NCBI GenBank assembly: GCA_029060285.1
Contig: JAIDUH010000005.1
Coordinates: 1-63,935 of the forward strand
Origin: Muribaculaceae bacterium
Lineage (GTDB): Bacteria; Bacteroidota; Bacteroidia; Bacteroidales; Muribaculaceae
Reading direction: 5' to 3'
Length of the DNA stretch: 63,935 nt
Below, piece by piece: positions 1 to 7,381 of the stretch (position 1 is the stretch's first letter; each line of letters begins with the position of its first letter). The notes below the pieces were generated by a model that was not told the DNA's origin, ran no database searches, and worked only from the letters and a program-made list of their open reading frames with translations. Both the position numbers and the translations under genes were made by a program.

Positions 1-258
1 AATGGCAACTCATGAAAATCGGAATTTCGCCCTTTATGGTAATGAGTCAGTACTGACTCAAGCAAACATACCAATCCCTTACCCATAAAGTATGGGACAT
101 GATTGTAAGGCTCCTTCAGATCATCCTGAAGTACGGTTACATCACTCCAACAAGTCAACTCATTGAAGATTTCAACAGCCTGACCTCTCTGCCCACCTGC
201 AGGGTAGGGTTAGTTACTTTTCGTTTGACATAAGCCAAGTAGAAGCATGTTAAGAATA

Positions 259-1077
259 TTAAGAAGTTGCAAATTGGTTAAGAGAGGAAAGGAGTGTCTC
301 TATGCGTCCTCGTATGGCGTTACGGTCAGGCATTGAGACGTAGCTCATCACGTGAAGAGCATCGTCTTTTGGTGCAAACCACCAGTAATCTCCCTCTCGC
401 TTTTCTCCAGGTTGTAGCGCCAACTGCTCAATCAGTCGCTCATGCAGCGTCTCATCCTGCGACTCGCAGACGATATAGAAACGAATATCACCCCGACCGT
501 CAGCCGCTTTACGATTTATGTTTACCCCGACCCAAGACTTCAGGCGTTGATACTCCTCCTCAAGCCAAATGCAGAGATGGTATTTCCTGTGTTCCGACCA
601 TTGGCCTTTATCAGCACCTTTGATTCTCCCTTCCTCCGCCTCCTTAATAAGCCACTTGCCACACTCGTATGCTTCTTTACCTATCTTAAATGAGATATCC
701 TCGAGCATGCGCTTCTCATCCTCTGTGATCTCCACACCATTGAGCACCTGAAGCATCAGGTCTTTCAAGCTTAGGTTACGTTTGGAATTATCAGTGACAA
801 GTTGACAAAGCATCCCTAAAAAAACAGAATATTCCGTTTGCTCTATATAATATCGCTTATTACCATCTTTTGAGCAAATTATGTCTATTTGAAATATTTC
901 TTGAAGGTCATCTCTAAGTCGATAGAAAGTACGTTTATTAATCTTCTTTTCTCCTTTATCATTAAAGGTTGAGACTGCCCATTTTCTGTCAAGTTCTTCA
1001 CGAGTTAAGCCCATTGGCGATGATTCGATAAGTTCACTCAACATCCATAGGGCACGTTTCATTTGAGTAATTGCCAT
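259..1077 (-). CDS. Protein with WYL-family-type N-terminal winged HTH and an uncharacterised C-terminal domain (no WYL domain recognisable)
   Basis: N-terminus GLTREELDRKW...INKRTFYRLRDDLQEIFQIDIIC...RYYIE matches the pattern I associate with the wHTH of Bacteroidetes WYL regulators. ATG at 1077 preferred over TTG at 1086. Confidence 0.65.
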   Translation of the reverse strand: MAITQMKRALWMLSELIESSPMGLTREELDRKWAVSTFNDKGEKKINKRTFYRLRDDLQEIFQIDIICSKDGNKRYYIEQTEYSVFLGMLCQLVTDNSKRNLSLKDLMLQVLNGVEITEDEKRMLEDISFKIGKEAYECGKWLIKEAEEGRIKGADKGQWSEHRKYHLCIWLEEEYQRLKSWVGVNINRKAADGRGDIRFYIVCESQDETLHERLIEQLALQPGEKREGDYWWFAPKDDALHVMSYVSMPDRNAIRGRIETLLSSLNQFATS

Positions 1078-1104
1078 TGTTTTCAAAGTCTAAAAATTAA
1101 AATG

Positions 1105-1141
1105 CAAAATTAATAAAAATATAATCCAGTTTGCAAAGATA
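1105..1141 (-). promoter_or_regulatory. Bacteroidetes sigma-A-type promoter(s) for the wHTH gene
   Basis: Minus-strand TAATTTTG (1105-1112) with TTTG (1134-1137) 21 nt upstream. A second TATCTTTG candidate lies at 1134-1141. Confidence 0.55.
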
Positions 1142-1151
1142 GCGCGTCGGA

Positions 1152-1168
1152 GTGCCAAAATTTGTCAC
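1152..1168. promoter_or_regulatory. Imperfect palindrome, candidate operator
   Basis: GTGCCAAAATTTGTCAC (one mismatched pair) in the divergent wHTH/metallophosphoesterase intergenic region. Confidence 0.5.
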
Positions 1169-1278
1169 CGGGGAATAAATTTTCAAAATTTTTAAAACGC
1201 ATATCCGAATTTTGATTTCTGTTGTTATATCATAGCGCTTTAGTTTTTCAAATCATTAATTCAGCCATATTATTTATT

Positions 1279-1875
1279 ATGAAAATTCTTCATCTTTCTG
1301 ACACCCATGGTTGTCATCATCGTTTGTGTAATCTTCCCGAAGCTGATGTTTTGGTTCATTCAGGTGATTTTACTATGACTGGTTCCGAATCGGAAGCACT
1401 TGATTTCTTAAACTGGCTCTGTGACTTGCCATATAAACATAAGATTTTTATTTGTGGGAATCATGATGACTGTCTATATGATGCAAATATCGATGGACTT
1501 GACAATAACGTGCATTATCTTCGTAATTCAGGTGTGGAAATAGACGGCATGCGGTTTTATGGAATTCCGATGTTTATGAATGATTGCATTACTCCCCGAC
1601 AAAATTATAACTATGCCAATATTCCAGCCGATACAGATATTCTCATAACCCATTCACCCGCATACGGAATACTTGATTTTGATGATAATACATATTATGG
1701 ATCGAAAACTTTACTGGAAAGAATCACGACAATAAAGCCCAAATATCATTTGTTTGGCCATATACATAGTAAGCATGGGATTCTGGAGAAAGATGGCACT
1801 ATCTTTTCAAATGGAGCCATAATGAATTCAGATTATACTAATCTCAATATACCAAACTTGATCAAGATACAATAA
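1279..1875 (+). CDS. Calcineurin-like metallophosphoesterase (MPPED/239FB-like)
   Basis: Motifs LSDTH, HSGD, GNHD, ITHSP, FGHIH. ATG at 1279 follows an AT-rich leader. Confidence 0.9.
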   Translation: MKILHLSDTHGCHHRLCNLPEADVLVHSGDFTMTGSESEALDFLNWLCDLPYKHKIFICGNHDDCLYDANIDGLDNNVHYLRNSGVEIDGMRFYGIPMFMNDCITPRQNYNYANIPADTDILITHSPAYGILDFDDNTYYGSKTLLERITTIKPKYHLFGHIHSKHGILEKDGTIFSNGAIMNSDYTNLNIPNLIKIQ

Positions 1876-1913
1876 ACATTTAAAATTTTTCAAAAAATTA
1901 CTTTTTTCACGAA

Positions 1914-1951
1914 GGTGTATCGCCAAATGATACACCCTCTGTCTAATTTTG
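1914..1951 (+). promoter_or_regulatory. Perfect 8-7-8 inverted repeat immediately upstream of a -7 promoter element of the AAA ATPase gene
   Basis: GGTGTATC-gccaaat-GATACACC (1914-1936) followed by TAATTTTG (1944-1951). Confidence 0.6.
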
Positions 1952-1989
1952 TACTCGTCAACGAGAAACTCAATCTTAATATAATCGAT

Positions 1990-4083
1990 ATGAGCAAGAA
2001 ATCAATACAATACCTGAAACAGGCAGCCGGCAAATTGCGTGATGGCAAACTGAAACGATTAGGCATCAAAGAGCTTTCAGAAGCTCTTGAAGGACTCATG
2101 GCGACCCTTGGCCTCGAATCAAAAGAAGAGGCAATCATGTTCTCGGCACTCTTTGACATGAGTTGCGGAGGCCGCTGCTCCGACCTCGACGATGTCGCAA
2201 CATACTTCGGAGCTGCCCAGCTTGATGTGATGGAGTATGTACCTGCTCTCAAAAGCCTGATACAAAAAGGGTTTGTCTCCCAGACAAACCTAAGCGAGTG
2301 CCGTATTGTTCGTCAGAACTTTATGGTGACCAACTATGTAATCGGATGCATCATCGAAAACAAGAGACCGGAATGTCGCAAAAGCCAGATACTTGATAAG
2401 GAATTCGACCGCTATGACTTCTGCAAATTAGTGGATTCTCAAATCCAAGATAACGACGTGACAACAGAATCCATGCTACAATTTGTCGATACTATCGAGA
2501 ATGAGAACTCCTCGATGCCATTGGTGAAAGAGCTTAAGGGAATAATCGACTCACTACCTGACCGGGCACTATACTATGAAATATGCCATGACTTCGTCAG
2601 CAATGAGCACAACAGACGCTCACATATAGAGGCCACCCTTAAGGATATGTATGAAGCCTACGGAGTAAGATTCAAGGTAAAGAAATCTATAATCGAGGGC
2701 ACAAATCCTTTGATAAAAAAGAATCTTGCAGAAGTAGTAGGTAATAAGGAGGAAATTGCTCTTACTGCCAAGGGGCAGAAACTTTTCCTTCAGGAAGACT
2801 TCGGCGCGTTCGGTCCGCAGTATTATGGATTGAATCTTTATTCTTTTGCTCAGAAAATTAAAGAGTATGTCCACAGCAGCGAGCATGACGTCGACAATGC
2901 AATGGCAATGTCGCGCTTATCCGAGAAGATAAATCTTTTTGAGGATGCCAATATGGGAAGCATTCCTGTGTTAACCCATATACGTGATGTTATCCCCGAG
3001 GCAGACTTACGCGCCCTCTTCTACACCGGTTGCGACGCTTGCGCGAATGCCGAACCTCTAAGTCTTGCGAGAGAACTGGGTGAGCTTTATCCCATCAAAG
3101 AGCGAAATAAAGCAATCAAGGGGTTCAAGGAGGAATCTCACAAACTCCAGCGCCTGGATCTTATGGAGATGATGACCAACTCATCTTTATTTGGCGAATA
3201 CACTTCACTCCAACTTACTGACAAGGGTAAAGAACTTTATTTTGGGGATGACGCGTCGCTCTATATCGAAAAGCCTGACACCAAGACCCTCATCAAAGCT
3301 TCCGACATCAAAGAGAAGCAACTCTTTTTCGCTCCTGCTGAAGCTGAATATCTTAATATGGTAGGCGATTCGCTCAAAGAGGAAAACTATTCCGTGCTTG
3401 CAAAGCGGCTCGAAGCCAAGGGGCTGCCGAAAGGTATAGCAGTGCTTCTCTACGGAGCTCCCGGCACCGGCAAAACCGAATCTGTAATGCAATGGGCACG
3501 TTCAACGGGGCGCGATATCATACATGTTGATATTTCGGCTTCCAAAAGTATGTGGTATGGTGAAAGCGAGAAGATCATCAAAGAGATTTTCACTCGCTAC
3601 AAACGACAGTGCAAGCGTACTGCCCTGAAACCTATCCTTCTATTCAATGAGGCGGACGCAATCTTTTCCTCCCGCAAGACCGGTAACAACAGCAGCATTG
3701 ACCAGACCGAGAATGCCATACAAAATATAATTTTGGAGGAAATGGAGCAGTTAGACGGCATCTTGATTGCCACCACCAACCTTGCGGAAAACCTCGACAA
3801 AGCCTTTGAACGCCGTTTCCTATTCAAAATCCGTCTCGATAAACCATCTATCGAGGCTAAGAAGAACATCTGGGTCAGCAAACTTCCATCACTTAACGAA
3901 AGTGAAGCCTTCTCGTTGGCAGGACACTATGATTTCAGCGGCGGTGAAATCGATAATATCGTAAGGAAAGCCCTGATGTCGGAGATTTTAGAAGGGAAGC
4001 AACCATCGTTTGCTGAGCTTGAAAAGCTATGCGCAGAGGAAAAACTCAGGAGCAAAGCGAGCCGAGTAAAAATCGGATTCTAA
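1990..4083 (+). CDS. AAA+ ATPase with repeated N-terminal (probably wHTH-like) modules
   Basis: Walker A GAPGTGKT, Walker B variant LLFNEAD, sensor/SRH ATTN...LDKAFERRF, C-terminal KIGF. Two similar N-terminal blocks end in ALTAKGQKLF and QLTDKGKELY. Confidence 0.85.
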   Translation: MSKKSIQYLKQAAGKLRDGKLKRLGIKELSEALEGLMATLGLESKEEAIMFSALFDMSCGGRCSDLDDVATYFGAAQLDVMEYVPALKSLIQKGFVSQTNLSECRIVRQNFMVTNYVIGCIIENKRPECRKSQILDKEFDRYDFCKLVDSQIQDNDVTTESMLQFVDTIENENSSMPLVKELKGIIDSLPDRALYYEICHDFVSNEHNRRSHIEATLKDMYEAYGVRFKVKKSIIEGTNPLIKKNLAEVVGNKEEIALTAKGQKLFLQEDFGAFGPQYYGLNLYSFAQKIKEYVHSSEHDVDNAMAMSRLSEKINLFEDANMGSIPVLTHIRDVIPEADLRALFYTGCDACANAEPLSLARELGELYPIKERNKAIKGFKEESHKLQRLDLMEMMTNSSLFGEYTSLQLTDKGKELYFGDDASLYIEKPDTKTLIKASDIKEKQLFFAPAEAEYLNMVGDSLKEENYSVLAKRLEAKGLPKGIAVLLYGAPGTGKTESVMQWARSTGRDIIHVDISASKSMWYGESEKIIKEIFTRYKRQCKRTALKPILLFNEADAIFSSRKTGNNSSIDQTENAIQNIILEEMEQLDGILIATTNLAENLDKAFERRFLFKIRLDKPSIEAKKNIWVSKLPSLNESEAFSLAGHYDFSGGEIDNIVRKALMSEILEGKQPSFAELEKLCAEEKLRSKASRVKIGF

Positions 4084-4088
4084 ACTGA

Positions 4089-4439
4089 TTAGTATTCGCT
4101 TGGGGGTTGGCGTTGGGGGCAGCCGCGGATGAGGCATTTACGGGCTTCGGCTTCAGCAAGTCGGAGCTCGGCTTCATGGCGCTGATGGATTTCGCCAATG
4201 CGGAGGGTCTGCTCTTTGCGTAGCTCGGCATAGATGGCGTCGATTTTGGCATCGCGCTCCGCCAGTCGTTTCTCAAGCCAATCAATCTGGGATCGGGTCA
4301 CTTGGTTTTCTGTGGCTTTCACATCGGCTTCATCCCTACGCCGATCAATTTTTCTGGTTTGCCACCATTTTCCGACTTCCACGAGGCCTTGTATGCCACC
4401 GACAGTGCCTACGAGTGTAATGATATCTGCTATATTCAT
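4089..4439 (-). CDS. Small membrane-anchored coiled-coil protein, Bacteroidales phage holin-like
   Basis: N-terminal hydrophobic helix (IITLVGTVGGIQGLVEVGKWW), coiled-coil body and C-terminal CLIRGCPQRQPP motif. More GC-rich than its flanks. Confidence 0.55.
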   Translation of the reverse strand: MNIADIITLVGTVGGIQGLVEVGKWWQTRKIDRRRDEADVKATENQVTRSQIDWLEKRLAERDAKIDAIYAELRKEQTLRIGEIHQRHEAELRLAEAEARKCLIRGCPQRQPPSEY

Positions 4440-4522
4440 ATGTCAATATTTTTTCCCACAAAATTAATATCGAGACCAGCAGGGAAAACCTTATCCTAAT
4501 AAATTGTTACTCATCTGAAGCC

Positions 4523-4557
4523 AAAAGAGTCAGCACGCAGAACGTGCTGACTCTTTT
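4523..4557. terminator. Bidirectional intrinsic terminator-like hairpin
   Basis: AAAAGAGTCAGCACG-cagaa-CGTGCTGACTCTTTT, a perfect 15-bp stem including the A/T tails. Confidence 0.7.
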
Positions 4558-4728
4558 AGGTATACAGTGTGGGATTATTTGAAGAACGGGGACATCGTCG
4601 ATCACGAGGAAATCGAGCGGATTTTTCTTCATGAAGAAGGAGCGATGCGAGCATCGTGACTGATGAAGGAAGGAAAATACGCCGAATTGAAAATCGATAA
4701 GCATTGTGTAGTTTTAATTATTTTTTAT

Positions 4729-4736
4729 TATCTTTG
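4729..4736 (+). promoter_or_regulatory. Sigma-A -7 element of the RM operon
   Basis: TATCTTTG about 140 nt upstream of the first methyltransferase ATG. Confidence 0.55.
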
Positions 4737-4877
4737 CATTCCATATAGGGATAATCGCAGACAACAGACCTATCAAAGTTAATTAAATTTATTATACTTT
4801 AATAACGGACTTTTTGTAGCTATATAGGGATTGGTCGCCTGTCCGCCTACTTGAAAGTTCTTTACTATCAGATATAC

Positions 4878-5909
4878 ATGTCGTTAAATGTCATAGATCT
4901 TTTTTGTGGATGTGGGGGGCTTTCTCTTGGTTTTGAGAAGGCAGGTTACCACACGGTCCTTGGAATAGACGCATGGCAAGATGCCCTCGATACATACCAA
5001 TTCAACAGAACGAATGCGACAGTAATGTGTGCAGACCTCACCATGTTACATCCTCAAGACGTTATCCCTAAGATAGGAGATGTAAAAATTGATGTAATCA
5101 TCGGAGGACCTCCGTGTCAAGGATTCTCAGTTGCAGGCAAACGCATTATTGATGATTACCGAAATACCTTATATAAAAACTTTGTGGAATTTGTGAAATT
5201 TTTCAAGCCCAAAGCATTTGTAATGGAAAATGTCCCGAATATTCTTTCTATGGGAGGAGGCATTATTAAGGATGAAATCATAAAAGACTTTACTTTACTT
5301 GGATACACTATAGAATACAAGGTTCTTACAGCCTCCGACTATGGTGTACCTCAAAATCGTCGGCGCGCTTTTTTTGTTGGACTTCTTGATGGAAAGAATT
5401 TCATATTCCCCAATGCATGCACAGCAGCAAAAGTCACATCCTTCGAAGCACTATCAGATTTGACAAAAGACAGTATTGAGGATGGGGGAAAATATCCTAC
5501 TGAACCACAATCAGTATATCAAGAATTAATGCGAAAAAATTCTTCCCAAGTATATAATCACGAAATTACGTCTCACAATCAACAAACGCAAGACATCATA
5601 GCAATGGTGCCAGATGGCGGAAATTATAAAGATTTACCCTTAAATCTTCAACAAACGCGAAAAGTACATATTGCATGGACTCGCCTTAATAGTAAGCGTC
5701 CAAGTTTTACAATTGATTGTGGACATCGCCATCATTTCCATTACAAATGGAATAGAGTTCCGACCGTCAGGGAGTGCGCGAGAATCCAATCTTTTCCAGA
5801 TGAATTTATATTCTGCAAAAGCAAAACGAGTCAATACAAACAAGTAGGGAATGCAGTTCCGCCCCTTATGGCATATGCATTGGCTAAACAACTGAAACAG
5901 TATATATGA
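4878..5909 (+). CDS. dcm: DNA (cytosine-5)-methyltransferase (M1)
   Basis: Motif I DLFCGCGG, IV GGPPCQGFS, VI MENV, VIII PQNRRR, X GNAVPP. Confidence 0.95.
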   Translation: MSLNVIDLFCGCGGLSLGFEKAGYHTVLGIDAWQDALDTYQFNRTNATVMCADLTMLHPQDVIPKIGDVKIDVIIGGPPCQGFSVAGKRIIDDYRNTLYKNFVEFVKFFKPKAFVMENVPNILSMGGGIIKDEIIKDFTLLGYTIEYKVLTASDYGVPQNRRRAFFVGLLDGKNFIFPNACTAAKVTSFEALSDLTKDSIEDGGKYPTEPQSVYQELMRKNSSQVYNHEITSHNQQTQDIIAMVPDGGNYKDLPLNLQQTRKVHIAWTRLNSKRPSFTIDCGHRHHFHYKWNRVPTVRECARIQSFPDEFIFCKSKTSQYKQVGNAVPPLMAYALAKQLKQYI

Positions 5910-7381
5910 AAAAGTATTATCGAATTCCAGATGAATTTTATCATCGGATACATTTTGTCAGACCCCGTTTCAAAAGTAACATTGAAAACGTGCTGCTTTA
6001 CATGGCCAATGAATGTTGTAAAATTGATGCAACCAATTGTAACGAATATAATGAAGCTTACACTAAAGCCATCCGTATGTTTCCGGGAAATCTTTCAGTA
6101 AAAGATAAGACCATATCAAATTGGCGTACTGAGATTCCAGCTTTATTTGCTTTTTATGAAGAGGATAAAAAACACAATATCACTCATACGTCAAGAATGG
6201 CGGAATTCTTGAATGAACAACAGGACTTAACACAATTTTTTAAGTTCTTTCTGTATACTTTTCAATTCCCAGGTGGACATTTAAAGGCAAAGGATAACAG
6301 TGAGCTAATAAAACTGGGTATTCGTTTTAAGCCTGCTAAAACAATCATTCAAGTTCTTTTGGAAGGAAATTCAATCCTTTCTGGAAAAGGTTGTGGGAAA
6401 GAGATGTCAATATCAGCTGAAGAAGCCACATACTGTATTTTCAACGATACTCGTGTCACAACAGGTCAACGTAAACCTCGAGAAATAGCAGAGTTTATCC
6501 TTGAGAATCGAAAGAATAAAATTAAGTATTACAATCCTAAAGATCCTCATACATTTGATAGCAAAGGTAATCCTCGTACGAAGGGTGATGTCACCCGATA
6601 TGCAGGGGATATATTGGATTACATGGAGATTGCTTCTCTCGTAAAAAAGCATAATGGTTACTTTTATCTTGCACCCGATGAAAGTATAGCTATTAAAAGA
6701 TTTGCATCAGATACAACTTTCTTTAATGGGTACGAAAATTTATATGGTGAATCAAGACCAATGTTGAAACAAATTGACGATGTTGAGATAGATTGGTTCA
6801 AATACGTAAATAAATGTATAGACCCTTCATTATTTAAAACTGATATTAGTAAATTTTTAAATAAGAAACAAGAATTAATCTTTATTGTCGAAGACCGAAT
6901 AAAAGAAGTAATCAATTCAGAAAATACTACAACGAAAGATGTTGGGAATATCGGAGAATCTCTAATTTATGGCCATGAAGTGGCTCGATTAAGAATGGAT
7001 GGCTATCCAGATTTAGCAAAACTTGTTCAAATAGTCGATAGTCCAAGTTATCATCCAGGTTTTGATATCGACAGCTTTGAAGGAGACAAGAAACATCTAC
7101 ATCGTTACATTGAAGTTAAGACTACCATAAGTAAGAAGAAAATTGAAATGTATAATTTCCACATGTCTTCCAACGAATGGAGTGTTGCAGAAACTCATCG
7201 TGAACACTATTGTGTATACCGGTTAATGCTAAGCACTAGTGATAAAGTATTATATATTTTACGCAACCCTGTTTTGTTGTATAAGACTGACAAAATTTCT
7301 GCTATTCCACGCAATGGCATGGAAATATCTTTTAATGCATCCGATTTTGAAAAAACTGAATTACTAACGTACGATCTATGA
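5906..7381 (+). CDS. Putative restriction endonuclease with C-terminal DUF3883/NOV-like PD-(D/E)XK domain
   Basis: GNIGE...HE...GFDIDS...YIEVKTT...FHMSSNEW. Sits between two C5 methyltransferases with ATGA stop/start overlaps on both sides. Confidence 0.8.
   Translation: MKKYYRIPDEFYHRIHFVRPRFKSNIENVLLYMANECCKIDATNCNEYNEAYTKAIRMFPGNLSVKDKTISNWRTEIPALFAFYEEDKKHNITHTSRMAEFLNEQQDLTQFFKFFLYTFQFPGGHLKAKDNSELIKLGIRFKPAKTIIQVLLEGNSILSGKGCGKEMSISAEEATYCIFNDTRVTTGQRKPREIAEFILENRKNKIKYYNPKDPHTFDSKGNPRTKGDVTRYAGDILDYMEIASLVKKHNGYFYLAPDESIAIKRFASDTTFFNGYENLYGESRPMLKQIDDVEIDWFKYVNKCIDPSLFKTDISKFLNKKQELIFIVEDRIKEVINSENTTTKDVGNIGESLIYGHEVARLRMDGYPDLAKLVQIVDSPSYHPGFDIDSFEGDKKHLHRYIEVKTTISKKKIEMYNFHMSSNEWSVAETHREHYCVYRLMLSTSDKVLYILRNPVLLYKTDKISAIPRNGMEISFNASDFEKTELLTYDL

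Noticed and set aside
4089-4439. Intact prophage
   Set aside because: Only one phage-like gene is present, with no integrase, terminase, capsid or endolysin in the window.
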